Shown here: positions 1 to 9,808 of the stretch, piece after piece
Position numbering within the stretch: the first letter of the stretch is position 1
Layout: each line of letters starts with the position of its first letter
Source: a virus
DNA: 42,410 nt
Reading direction: 5' to 3' (one strand)
UHGV virus genome: UHGV-0161119
Notes under the pieces: generated by a model
The model's input: only the letters and a program-made list of their open reading frames with translations
Database searches by the model: none
What the model was told of the DNA's origin: nothing
Translations under genes and position numbers: made by a program

Positions 1-317
1 TAAAAACAAGTGGTTCTGGTAATGATTTCTATATATCAATAGAAAACTATACTACAGTTCAAAAAACATGTGATAAGTTTGCTTTGCTTCTTTATGGAAA
101 CGGGAATGGAAGTCCAATATGCTCTCTAATTACAGTAAATGTAAGTGGTTCAAACGTTCAAATTGACGGCACATCAAACATTATATCTAGTAACGTGTAT
201 TGCCGTGCAAGCGGTACGTCTATACAAATTTGTAATCTCTCACAATGGGGATATTATACGGTAATTGCTCCACCTAGAGTATATATAGACCAAGGTGGAA
301 TCGTATTTGATAATTAA
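1..317 (+). CDS. Silent receptor-binding C-terminal cassette D (3' part; the frame begins at 42368 and crosses the circular junction)
   Basis: Frame 3 is open from 3 to the stop at 317 (KTSGSGNDFY...FALLLYGNG...IVFDN) and is in frame with TLNSDLTNRSRNIV at 42368-42409. No RBS before the TTG at 84. Confidence 0.8.
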   Translation, partial: KTSGSGNDFYISIENYTTVQKTCDKFALLLYGNGNGSPICSLITVNVSGSNVQIDGTSNIISSNVYCRASGTSIQICNLSQWGYYTVIAPPRVYIDQGGIVFDN

Positions 318-318
318 C

Positions 319-630
319 TTACCTTGCATAAACATCATAAGTAACTGTACCTGTTGGAGACACTACTTGCCAATTTGAAGCAAAGTAAACAACATTTCCA
401 TCGTTGCATGCCATAAAGCTTGCGTGATAAGTGTTGTCATACCAGTAACCATCAGATATACGATTTGTTTCTGTTAAATTTGGAAACATGAACGTGAATT
501 GCGGACTTATTGCATTAGGATAATTAATTGTTGCAACAAGAATTGCCATTTTATATTCACTTGGAATTGTATATTTTGTTGAACTTGGAATATTTGACGC
601 AATCTTTTTATAAGTTAAATCACTAATTAG
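319..630 (-). CDS. Silent receptor-binding C-terminal cassette C (103 aa, begins LISDL)
   Basis: Starts at a degenerate crossover site (614-634); its stop lies tail-to-tail with the cassette D stop; size similar to cassettes A and D. Confidence 0.7.
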   Translation of the reverse strand, partial: LISDLTYKKIASNIPSSTKYTIPSEYKMAILVATINYPNAISPQFTFMFPNLTETNRISDGYWYDNTYHASFMACNDGNVVYFASNWQVVSPTGTVTYDVYAR

Positions 631-634
631 TGTA
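614..634 (-). repeat. Putative shufflon crossover site C (ATACACTAATTAGTGATTTAAC)
   Basis: Matches site D (ATACGTTAAATAGTGATTTAAC) with 3 mismatches, in the same codon phase. Confidence 0.65.
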
Positions 635-900
635 TGCATTAAATCTCGATTGCCACCTTTAGGAATGTTTAACAATGTGATTTCCTGTCCACTCGCTTGA
701 ACATGTACTAACATACAGCTTTCAGATTTTACGGCAGTCAATCCGTTTATTGTCAAAAAAGAATATGTTTTTTCCCATCGAAACGGAACGTCAATGCCAC
801 CAATTATAATAAGCTTATTTTTGACTTTAAAGACATTCAAATAGGTTTTTAAGTTGCCGTTTGGAACTAATGTAAAATCGAAAGAAAAATCATTATTTAG
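631..900 (-). CDS. Silent receptor-binding C-terminal cassette B (90 aa, begins LNNDF; reads through into cassette C)
   Basis: The frame of ORF 319..840 is open up to 900, where it begins CTA AAT AAT GAT TTT right after an in-frame TAA. No start codon with RBS. Confidence 0.7.
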
Positions 901-901
901 T
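884..901 (-). repeat. Putative shufflon crossover site B (ACTAAATAATGATTTTTC)
   Basis: Matches site A core TAAATAGTGATTTTTC with one mismatch; lies about 10 nt after the stop of the expressed gene; same codon phase. Confidence 0.65.
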
Positions 902-909
902 TAATAGAA

Positions 910-1449
910 CTATGAAATATTAATGTATGATGCAGGAACAATCACATTTGCTATTACGACACCGTAAGATGTTGTATCTTTGCATCTTATGTCCACTGTA
1001 TTGTTATGTATAGTTATGTACCCAGTATTTCCACGTGGAGTCCAACTTCCGTCAATGATTTCACAAGGAGCGAAAACTTCATTGTTAAATGTAATACCGT
1101 TGGGCAATGTTAATAAAGTTTGATTTGTATTACCGCCTGTCAAACTTTTGCCATACCATATATAAATCATTGCTAACTGACTATTTTTTTTAATAGCAAA
1201 TCCATCAATGCCATAGGTTTTATACTGTAAACTTGAAAAATCACTATTTAACGTAGAAATATCTGATTGTATTTTACTTATACTATCTTCTATATTTCCA
1301 ATCCCTAATTTAGTTTTTATCAGAGACACGATCGTTGACCACTTAACCTTACTGGCGGTACTCCCACCAGTAAGCATGTAATCATCATCTGATATTGTCT
1401 TTTTCTCTGTTAAATCCGATATATGTACTAAAGGTATATTGATTGCCAT
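910..1449 (-). CDS. Tail fibre/receptor-binding protein: constant N-terminus (~66 aa) plus cassette A (~113 aa)
   Basis: RBS AGGAGTG before ATG; last tail-module gene; coiled segment IEDSISKIQSDISTLNSD followed by a beta-rich head-like domain. Confidence 0.75.
   Translation of the reverse strand: MAINIPLVHISDLTEKKTISDDDYMLTGGSTASKVKWSTIVSLIKTKLGIGNIEDSISKIQSDISTLNSDFSSLQYKTYGIDGFAIKKNSQLAMIYIWYGKSLTGGNTNQTLLTLPNGITFNNEVFAPCEIIDGSWTPRGNTGYITIHNNTVDIRCKDTTSYGVVIANVIVPASYINIS
1238..1261 (-). repeat. Putative shufflon crossover site A (TATTTCTACGTTAAATAGTGATTT)
   Basis: 23/24 identity to site D at 42361-42384, in inverted orientation. Confidence 0.85.
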
Positions 1450-1460
1450 AACATCACTCC

Positions 1461-1658
1461 TTAATTCAACTTGTTTTCTCTGACGTAGCTTCTGATAGCA
1501 TCAATGTGCTTTTTAAGTTCTTTATCTACTACCCAGAAATTTTCTTTTTTATTCTGTGACAATGGTTCTCCTGTGTTATCGTCAATCTCATTGTATGTGT
1601 ATGATACTCTGTCTCCACCGTCAATATTTAATACCATAAAGCTACTCAACTGTTTCAT
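1461..1658 (-). CDS. Small hypothetical tail-module protein
   Basis: RBS AGGAGG; overlaps the end of the upstream tail gene. Confidence 0.7.
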   Translation of the reverse strand: MKQLSSFMVLNIDGGDRVSYTYNEIDDNTGEPLSQNKKENFWVVDKELKKHIDAIRSYVRENKLN

Positions 1659-4600
1659 TTAACATTTCCTCCTGTTCTTTAATCAAATCGTTGATTTCTT
1701 CCATATATTCTTTCTCATAGTCAATCACTTCTTCTTTTTCTGAGTTATCGAATTTTTCAAGTCGTTCAAATTCGTAATCTTTCTGAATTGCTTTGATTTC
1801 CCACGAGAACTTAAGATTTTCAGTACCTTTTACAACAAAGTAACTATCGGTCTTTTCTTCTACCCATATATCGCCTTGCCCCTCTTTCTGCAAGAATACT
1901 TGGTACTCAACACCTGTGTTTACTGTCTCTGAAAATATATCGTTAATGTCTATGTAACATTTTCCTGTATTATCAGTACATCCAGAACCTATATCCCCAA
2001 AATATGGGGTTGCTGTTTCATAACAATACTGCTTTCTTGTATCGTAATTTTCTGTATCTATGATTCTGTTTTTTGTTCCTGCAACAGACAAACTTCCGCC
2101 AATAGTAACTGGCTGATAAAAACTTGATTTTTCTTTTCCAAAATGAAATTTATAATTACTTACCGACCCAAGATAAAGTGATTCATCCGTCATATGCATT
2201 GTTATGTCTGTTTGTACTGTAATTGGTCCACTGCTGTTATTTTTTAATACAATCTCATCTGGGGACAAAATCGCACATGCACCAGTTCCATCCTTGTTTT
2301 CAGATAAATATATACCACCGAACACGTCTGGTGTTATACACACATATGATATTGGCTTTTCTCCCATGCCTGATATATAATGCGTTACGACTATCCCTTT
2401 CGTGTTTATGTCAACAATTTCATTGTCATTTGCATCATAAACGTGCATTTGTCCATTACCGTACGTGTTTGCTTTTCCACCAAGATTTAATGTTCCACCT
2501 CTAGCATAAGTAAAGTTGATATACAACTTACCGTCAGACCCACGATAAATACCTTGCCATGCTCCGTCGTTGGTCAGCAGATTGAATATATCTTCGTGAG
2601 TCAGTGCATCTACGTCAATGGCTACTGGAATTGTCTCAATATCCAACACCTGTGAAAATCCACCTGCGGCATACATCGTACACCTTAACGCTGTAAGATT
2701 TCTTGAGATACCGATACCACTTGAACCGCTTGCAGTAACACCGCTTGAACCACTTGCTAGCACAGAGTACAGTGCATGGGTAATGTCAGTTTCATCTGAG
2801 GATGAAGTATAAACGGTCGTGTATGTATCTCCGTCCGTTGTTTCCTCAATCTTGAATCGACACTTATAAGCTGTACGTGCTGTTGCTGTACCGTCACGGT
2901 AGTAACCAGATAATGTAATGTAGTTCGGCACAATCGTGTTGTCCGCAGACATTTTCACGATACTTGACGATGTTTCCATGAAGTACGTTCTTCCTGCACT
3001 TCCTTGAGGTCCAGTGGCACCCTTTTCCCCTTGCGGTCCAGTAGCACCAGTTTCTCCCTTTGCACCCTGTTCTCCTTTAGCTCCCATCTTACCGATGGAA
3101 TATGTTGTGCTTGTGGTTTTATCAGAGTAAGTATATATGGTCCTCGTCCACAGATATTGATTTTCTGCAACGTTTGGCGGTGTTTTGCTCCATGTTCCTG
3201 TTGGTGCTACCGTTCCGCTGTTGGATGCTTGATAAGTCGTTTCAGAACTTGTGATACTTCTACCGCTTGCACCTGTCTCTCCAGGGATACCGCCTTTTAA
3301 TTTAGCAATGTCAAATCTTTTCGTAACAGAATATGTATTTAGGTAATTTGCTGTAATATCCACCCATCCCACGTCTGTTGTTAATGCTGTCACAGTGTAT
3401 GTGTGAGTTGAATTGTTCCAAGAACCTACGACACCGCTTGACTTCTGCACATTATAAGTACAGTCGTTAGATATGTCGGTATGACCGTACAAAACCTGTG
3501 CTGTCGTGCGGCACTCTGGAAACGTTGTGTACTCTCCCTTATAATCTGTCGTGATTGCTTGATAATCGTTGTCCAGATTGATAATCATTGCACGAGATTT
3601 TCTGGCTTCTTCCAGTGCCTTATTGGCTGTCTCATCGTCCGTGTACTTGTTAAGCTTCTGCCAGTCGGTTTCCACATAGCTTGCACCCTCTCCCCTTGCT
3701 ACCACGCAAGTAAGGATGTCTCCGTTCTGTCCTTGATTCCACATATCTCCTGTGTCATAAGGTGGTGTAGGCTGTGTTAGGAATACACGGCACTTACTGT
3801 TAGCTGTAGACTGTGCAAAAGATGCTGTCTGCAATGCTTTTGTGACGTCCGTATCTTGTACTAACTGCCACTTCCATGTATCGCCGTCTTTGAAAAATCT
3901 GTAAGCATAACCTTTAGATTTCCAGTAAAACAAATCTCCCTCATGCTTCTTTTTATCATCTTCTGTTGTCCAGTCAGAAGCAGGGATGTTTTTTAGAGTT
4001 GGCTCATAGTCGTAGTAGAACGTCTCGATCTGTCCGTCAATCTGGTTCTGTAGATCAGCTACACTTTTTGTAACTGTTTCTGCAAAGTCTGATACTTTAC
4101 CGTCTGCATAGTTCTTAGATTCTTTCACTGCATCACTGATCGCATCGGGTGCTGATTTACCACCGATTGTGACGTTATCCCCAGAAATCTTTACAGTACC
4201 AGTCTCCATGTCTGCATAGAAGATGATATTTCCAGATTTATCTTTGACAGTTAATGCACCAGTGTTGATATAATCTGCATTAATACCCTCTGTATAAAGC
4301 AATCTTGCTACCATTTCCCCAGTGATCGTAAATCCGTAAGGATATGTCTTACCACCATCAATAGAGAATCCGATAACTTCCGATGTCAATTTAATAACAT
4401 TCTTTGATTCTACTAATGTTGGTTTGTCATGCAAGTAATATATAGTCGAACCATCTAACAGTATTTCCTGCGTTGCATACATTCCATTACTGTTTTTTAA
4501 TGCTTCTTGCATCTTATCTAAAGCATTTTGACGGTTATTTCTTTCCTGCTCAACTAACTGTTTACCTTGTATGATCGCTTTTTGATTACTTGATGTGTAG

Positions 4601-5661
4601 TTGCTCTGGTTACGCAATGGAGATTCTGCACTATTCTTTAATGTTGTATATCCGAAGAATACAAAGTTTACATCTGTTAATACTGAATAGAAGCTATTTT
4701 CTCTCCAATCTGTAACTTTAATCTTATCCATAAACTCTGCTATTGGATAAGATATATAGTCCATCGTAAAAGCTCTAAAAGTCACATTTTCAAACTTTTC
4801 ATAAATCCACGAAATAAGTGTCTCTTCATGCCCTGTTACAAGTGGGTTCTCTACAGATAAAACATAACCATCTTTACCAACTTGTACCGTTTTTTCTGTG
4901 TCACTTGTATTGCCATCATCGGTTGTAGTAACCTTTTGTGTCGTTCGAACGCCTGTTACCTGCACATCGTTCGTATCACTTGTCAGATTATTGTAATCAA
5001 CCAATTTATGAATATTCTCATTATCATAATCAAAATCATAGGTCATTATCTGCAATCGCCCTGTGCGGTCAATTCTTGCATTTCCGCAGGCAATCATTGC
5101 AATAAATCCTATAATCTGTCTGTGCGTGTACTCGCTAGATGGCATGGTTGGTATTTGGAAATCGTTATGTAAAAAGTTACTGTCTCCAATCAAGATACCA
5201 CAGGTATCACAACTATCTATCAATACACTCTTTGCTGTCGCAGGAAACGTCAATGCTGTGCTGTATGCCTTATCTGCTTTATACATATCATCGTATCCAA
5301 CAATTGTTACAACACTTCCATAGGTTTCTGGTTGAGTGACAGTAAATGTACCGTATTCAATTTTTTCTGTTGTCTCTGATAATTCAAATGTTAGATACAG
5401 TCTGATTTTTGCTCCGAAGAAGTCATAATTGGATAAGTGATCATCGTCATTCATGATTTCTAACTGTACATTACGGCTGAGTGCAACACCTAAAGGAATG
5501 GTGTTAGCACCTGCCGCATCGACCAGACTATTATTATCTATTGAAAAATCATCTTCTCCTAATGGCAGTACAGTTCCATTCGCAAGCGTTACTTCTGCAT
5601 TGCATTTAAAATCTTGTCGTTCTGTCATTAGCTGTTTAAATTCATCACTTACATTTATCAT
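1642..5661 (-). CDS. Large tail tip/baseplate (Tal-like) protein with collagen-like Gly-X-Y segments and a probable C-terminal chaperone-like domain
   Basis: 1339 aa, after TMP and a Dit-like gene; GAKGEQGAKGETGATGPQGEKGATGPQG repeats; C-terminal YCYETATPYFGDIGSG motif common in Firmicute siphophage tail proteins. Confidence 0.8.
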   Translation of the reverse strand: MINVSDEFKQLMTERQDFKCNAEVTLANGTVLPLGEDDFSIDNNSLVDAAGANTIPLGVALSRNVQLEIMNDDDHLSNYDFFGAKIRLYLTFELSETTEKIEYGTFTVTQPETYGSVVTIVGYDDMYKADKAYSTALTFPATAKSVLIDSCDTCGILIGDSNFLHNDFQIPTMPSSEYTHRQIIGFIAMIACGNARIDRTGRLQIMTYDFDYDNENIHKLVDYNNLTSDTNDVQVTGVRTTQKVTTTDDGNTSDTEKTVQVGKDGYVLSVENPLVTGHEETLISWIYEKFENVTFRAFTMDYISYPIAEFMDKIKVTDWRENSFYSVLTDVNFVFFGYTTLKNSAESPLRNQSNYTSSNQKAIIQGKQLVEQERNNRQNALDKMQEALKNSNGMYATQEILLDGSTIYYLHDKPTLVESKNVIKLTSEVIGFSIDGGKTYPYGFTITGEMVARLLYTEGINADYINTGALTVKDKSGNIIFYADMETGTVKISGDNVTIGGKSAPDAISDAVKESKNYADGKVSDFAETVTKSVADLQNQIDGQIETFYYDYEPTLKNIPASDWTTEDDKKKHEGDLFYWKSKGYAYRFFKDGDTWKWQLVQDTDVTKALQTASFAQSTANSKCRVFLTQPTPPYDTGDMWNQGQNGDILTCVVARGEGASYVETDWQKLNKYTDDETANKALEEARKSRAMIINLDNDYQAITTDYKGEYTTFPECRTTAQVLYGHTDISNDCTYNVQKSSGVVGSWNNSTHTYTVTALTTDVGWVDITANYLNTYSVTKRFDIAKLKGGIPGETGASGRSITSSETTYQASNSGTVAPTGTWSKTPPNVAENQYLWTRTIYTYSDKTTSTTYSIGKMGAKGEQGAKGETGATGPQGEKGATGPQGSAGRTYFMETSSSIVKMSADNTIVPNYITLSGYYRDGTATARTAYKCRFKIEETTDGDTYTTVYTSSSDETDITHALYSVLASGSSGVTASGSSGIGISRNLTALRCTMYAAGGFSQVLDIETIPVAIDVDALTHEDIFNLLTNDGAWQGIYRGSDGKLYINFTYARGGTLNLGGKANTYGNGQMHVYDANDNEIVDINTKGIVVTHYISGMGEKPISYVCITPDVFGGIYLSENKDGTGACAILSPDEIVLKNNSSGPITVQTDITMHMTDESLYLGSVSNYKFHFGKEKSSFYQPVTIGGSLSVAGTKNRIIDTENYDTRKQYCYETATPYFGDIGSGCTDNTGKCYIDINDIFSETVNTGVEYQVFLQKEGQGDIWVEEKTDSYFVVKGTENLKFSWEIKAIQKDYEFERLEKFDNSEKEEVIDYEKEYMEEINDLIKEQEEMLNETVE

Positions 5662-6038
5662 ATCGGGTTAACCCCCTGCATATTGAAAGATATACTTGAT
5701 ACTTTTTCATGGTTATTTTTAAGTGTTTTTATCTTAATGTCCGATACCTGTCCGACATAAAACTTTGCTGTTCTCCACTCTCCGTAAAATACAGAAAAAT
5801 AATGTAAATCAAAAGATTTACCACGTGCCACCATTTCTAATATTTCCGTAACCTTAGACATTGGCACATCCGATGCACTGTATGTAAATCGCTCTACTGT
5901 GAACATCGGGGTAAACTTTCCTTTACCAGACTGTGCCCTCGTGCTACCTTGCGTATAGGTAGTTTCAAAAGCTACGGCTGTGTCTGAATCTGGTTGCCAG
6001 ACTTTTTTATTATTGATTTTTATATAATCCTGTGCCAT
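5658..6038 (-). CDS. Putative distal tail protein
   Basis: Position between TMP and the Tal-like gene; 126 aa; RBS AAGGAG. Confidence 0.6.
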   Translation of the reverse strand: MAQDYIKINNKKVWQPDSDTAVAFETTYTQGSTRAQSGKGKFTPMFTVERFTYSASDVPMSKVTEILEMVARGKSFDLHYFSVFYGEWRTAKFYVGQVSDIKIKTLKNNHEKVSSISFNMQGVNPI

Positions 6039-6051
6039 TTTTTACTCCTTT

Positions 6052-9000
6052 CTACGCAAGGCTGAATGGATTTCTACCATTACTCATTTGTCTTAGTTTT
6101 GCTTCTTCGATAAATTCATCAAACAACGTCCTGCGGTTAATCTGTGCTGTGAAATGATAATCCCCACCATTGTTACCGCTGTTGTCTGATTCTAAGGACT
6201 TCGTAACAGATAATAGCTGTTCAAGTAAATTAAGTACGTCATTATTGTTACTGTTTGTGCTGTTCTGCTTTTGTGCGATCACTGCGGATGCTTTCGCAGG
6301 TATTATCTTACCTGTAGCAATCTCTGGTGTTCTGAACGGTACATTTGCCAACTGTTCAGACTGATTCATAAGGGTTTTGAGTGTATCTGGAAAAGCTTTT
6401 TCCAAACCTACTGTAATACCGGCAGGAATCATCTTACCTACCGTATCTCTCATAAGTCTTGATGGAGAATGGATTCCAAAGAAATCTTTCACACCCTCCC
6501 ACGCCTTTTGTGCAAGACCTGTCATTTTATCAACCAAAATCCATGCAAAATCTCCAACACCTTTTGCAATACCTTTTACTACATTCATTCCAACGCTGCC
6601 CCAATCGACATTTTTAAATGTAGTTTTCATATCTCTTATCGCAGATGTAGCTTTTTTTGATAATTCTTTAGGAAGATTTTTAACCGCTTCTATGATATTG
6701 GTCAATATTTTCCCTGCCGTTGTTTTAAGTCCAGACAATTTCCCAGTAATTCCATTGCCTATCCCTTTAATTCCGTTTTCTCCAAGTCCTTTGAGTTTAG
6801 ACGGTAAATTCTTTATCGCATCAATCAAGCCATTGTATGTATTCTTCATAGCATCAACCGCAGTATTTTTTGCATTCATAATTCCGTTTTTAATACCTGT
6901 GATGAGGCTTTTTCCAAGTGATAGCCAATTATAAGCTGTAAATACACTGACGATTGCCTGCACAATCTTTGGCACGTTTGCGATCAATGTCGGTATTGAC
7001 TGGATGAGACCTTTGAGCAAGATTGCGATAAGCTGTACTCCTGCAAGTAATATCTTAGGGGCATTATCGTTAATAACGCCTGCAATATTAATCACAATCT
7101 GTGGTACATTTTTGATGATGTCTGGCATTGCTTTTGCTATACCTTTTGCAAGATTTAACATAAGCTTTAAACCAGAATCTACTAATTTTCCTGCATTGCT
7201 TCTTAAGTTTGCAGTAAAACTCGTCAATGCTGATAATCCCTTACTAATAAACTGCTGTGTCCCATTTGTAATACCTTTTGCCAAGTTATCCATAAAAGAC
7301 ACACCAAGCTGTGTTAATGCCGTGATTGCTTTTCCTGCAACAGATATTGCACTAACAAATATTCCAACCCAATCAATAGATGTTAATAATGTTGCTAATT
7401 TTGTGCCAAGCTGTGACCAGTTTGTTGTAGTAAGTGCATTATCTAATGTTGTTAATATTCCTAATGCTAATCCAGATAAGCTTGTACCAATAGACTTAAC
7501 ATCTATCTGGTTGATCGCACCATTCAAAAATCCACTTATTGACGTTCCTATCTTTGCCCAGTTAAGAGTATTTACAGCTCCCTCTAACATTTGAAACGGA
7601 ACATTTATTTTATTCGCAAACAACCGCCCTACATTATTCCAATTCACTTCATTGAATAAACCGTTGATACCTGTTGCAATTTTTAAACCAAGATTTTTCC
7701 AATTGATTCCCTCTATCAACAGATTCAGTGTGTTGACAATTGTATTAATACCTGCACCCACAGTACGTCCCATTAAATCCCAGTCTATGTGATCAACAAG
7801 ACTATTGAATGTCCGTGTAAATGCGTTCACAAAATATGTAATCTTCGGGCCTACATTATCCCAATTGATGGCATCATAGATTTTTTGCAATCCTTTATTG
7901 ATACCAGATGCAATGTAAGTCCCAAGTCCCTCCCAGTCCTCTTTTTTTATGAGGTTCTTAATTTTCTTAGCAATGTCCGCAATAGAAGATTCAATAGGAA
8001 CTTTCTCAAACATATCTCCAATGGATGGACCAGTGTAACCACCGCCACCACCTCCACCGCCTGCGGATGGGGTAGAAGAACTAGGGGTATCGTTATCTTT
8101 TTCTTTTTGGTACTGTCGGATTTCATCCAGTCCAGAAAGATATGTCTGTATCTCTTTATTTGCTTTTTTTGTGGCATTTGCGTTATTCTTTGTGGCTTTT
8201 GCCGCCTTATTAGCACCACTGGATGTTTTATTCAATGATGCCGCATAATCTTCTTGTACGGCTTTCGCTTTCGTAAAAGATTTCTGCCCTGTCAGTGCTG
8301 CTATAAACATTCCAACATACGTGATCGCTTTCGATAACATATTCATGAATGCTGTCAAAATCGGTGCTACAACTGACAGAATCGGTGCAAATGCCGTTGC
8401 TAAACTATTCTGTAGCTGTGTCAGTGCTGACATCATAGAACTTATAGAAGCATTGGTTGATGATGAATACTGGGCAAGATTATTGATACCTGTCATGATT
8501 CCACTGTTAACTTTCGAGATCAAACCGAATACAGAAGAATATAAGATACTCATTCCAACCATTCTACCGATTGAAAATCTCGCATTATTGGCATTATTTG
8601 ATGTATTCGTGAAGTTCTGTGCAAGTCCACCAAGTTTCTTTCCAAGACCAGAAACCGCACTGCCTAACTTACTAAAGATAGAAGATGCACCGCTTGTCTT
8701 GTTTTTTGTATTATCAACATTCTGACTTACATTTTTATAAGAAGAACCAAGCTTATTGTTGGTACCGACAAGACTCATTTCTTTTGAATTTGTCTTAGAA
8801 ATTTCCTTATTTAATGCATCTAAGGCTTTTTGGCTTTCTTTCGATGCTGTAGCTGTATAATTTCCTGTTATCGGTGCAGATTGTGGTAATGATACCTGCT
8901 GTTTCGGTTGTACGACCGCACCACTGCTTTCTAACTGTTTCTTCTTCGCTAACAATTCGTCATACTGTCTGCCTAAGCTCTCTGCGGCACTTTCTAATGC

Positions 9001-9804
9001 CATAAATGCAGGAGAAGAAGTTGCACTTTGGTTTCTTGTAAAGATTTCTTGCTGTGCTGTTGCTACCTGCTCAAACTGTGTATCAAGGCGTTGCAAGGAA
9101 TCTTCAAGAATCTGATATGCTGTTGTCTTGATATTTGAATTGCTGATTTCATCCTGCAATTGTGTTGTTTGTCCTAAATCGGTGTTTAAGGATTCAACAC
9201 TCGTTTCTGTACCTGTGATTTCTGCATTTAATTTTTGTAATGCTTTTGCACTCTCTTCGCTTGCAAGACCTGTTCCACCAGTAAGCTTTGCACTTTTAGG
9301 TAGACCACTGTCTGTACTCGCTGTCGGTGCTTCTAACTGCTTTTTCTTTGCAAGAAGTTCTTCGTATTGCTGATCTAGTTTAGCCGCTGCACTTTCCATA
9401 GCTTGAAACGCAGGAGAAGATGTTGCACTCTGATTTCTGTTGAATACATCCATCTGTGCTTTTTCCAACTCTGCAAGTTTCTGTCCTGTGGTTTCTATTG
9501 CTTTATCTAACGTATCAAGTGCAGTCGTCTTAATGTCTATGTTATCAAGTTTCTTTTCTGCCTGTGCGGTCTTTTCCAGTTCCTCAGCCACGGTCTTTGC
9601 TTTTTCTTCGACAACATCCATACCTTTTGTATCTGGTGCTTTTATACCGCCACTCATGGCTTTTTCCATTGATTTTCCAATGGTTTTTACTTGATTGGAT
9701 AAACGTTTTAAAAGGGATGCGATTTCTTTCACACTTGCTTTTGCTTCGGTTGTATCAATCTCTGTTTTGATATAAATACTTCCATCCGCTTTTTGTGTAG
9801 CCAT
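6052..9804 (-). CDS. Tape measure protein
   Basis: 1250 aa, Ala/Gly/Ile-rich, periodic Trp repeats (INWxxxG), follows the tail chaperones. Confidence 0.92.
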   Translation of the reverse strand: MATQKADGSIYIKTEIDTTEAKASVKEIASLLKRLSNQVKTIGKSMEKAMSGGIKAPDTKGMDVVEEKAKTVAEELEKTAQAEKKLDNIDIKTTALDTLDKAIETTGQKLAELEKAQMDVFNRNQSATSSPAFQAMESAAAKLDQQYEELLAKKKQLEAPTASTDSGLPKSAKLTGGTGLASEESAKALQKLNAEITGTETSVESLNTDLGQTTQLQDEISNSNIKTTAYQILEDSLQRLDTQFEQVATAQQEIFTRNQSATSSPAFMALESAAESLGRQYDELLAKKKQLESSGAVVQPKQQVSLPQSAPITGNYTATASKESQKALDALNKEISKTNSKEMSLVGTNNKLGSSYKNVSQNVDNTKNKTSGASSIFSKLGSAVSGLGKKLGGLAQNFTNTSNNANNARFSIGRMVGMSILYSSVFGLISKVNSGIMTGINNLAQYSSSTNASISSMMSALTQLQNSLATAFAPILSVVAPILTAFMNMLSKAITYVGMFIAALTGQKSFTKAKAVQEDYAASLNKTSSGANKAAKATKNNANATKKANKEIQTYLSGLDEIRQYQKEKDNDTPSSSTPSAGGGGGGGGYTGPSIGDMFEKVPIESSIADIAKKIKNLIKKEDWEGLGTYIASGINKGLQKIYDAINWDNVGPKITYFVNAFTRTFNSLVDHIDWDLMGRTVGAGINTIVNTLNLLIEGINWKNLGLKIATGINGLFNEVNWNNVGRLFANKINVPFQMLEGAVNTLNWAKIGTSISGFLNGAINQIDVKSIGTSLSGLALGILTTLDNALTTTNWSQLGTKLATLLTSIDWVGIFVSAISVAGKAITALTQLGVSFMDNLAKGITNGTQQFISKGLSALTSFTANLRSNAGKLVDSGLKLMLNLAKGIAKAMPDIIKNVPQIVINIAGVINDNAPKILLAGVQLIAILLKGLIQSIPTLIANVPKIVQAIVSVFTAYNWLSLGKSLITGIKNGIMNAKNTAVDAMKNTYNGLIDAIKNLPSKLKGLGENGIKGIGNGITGKLSGLKTTAGKILTNIIEAVKNLPKELSKKATSAIRDMKTTFKNVDWGSVGMNVVKGIAKGVGDFAWILVDKMTGLAQKAWEGVKDFFGIHSPSRLMRDTVGKMIPAGITVGLEKAFPDTLKTLMNQSEQLANVPFRTPEIATGKIIPAKASAVIAQKQNSTNSNNNDVLNLLEQLLSVTKSLESDNSGNNGGDYHFTAQINRRTLFDEFIEEAKLRQMSNGRNPFSLA

Positions 9805-9808
9805 TCAA

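Noticed and set aside
84..840. ORFs 84..317 and 319..840 as independent genes
   Set aside because: Their TTG starts lack an RBS, and both frames extend upstream exactly to crossover sites.
1238..1261. Crossover site as a canonical dif/Xer site
   Set aside because: TACGTTAAAT resembles a XerD arm, but the 11-6-11 dif layout is not matched; kept only as a hypothesis.
1..5661. Diversity-generating retroelement acting on the tail genes
   Set aside because: No reverse transcriptase and no template/variable repeat pair differing at adenines were seen; the cassettes share only the short crossover site.
2223..9770. Plus-strand ORFs overlapping the tail genes, and similar antisense ORFs elsewhere
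   Set aside because: They are shadows of long minus-strand genes, with no RBS or recognisable motifs.
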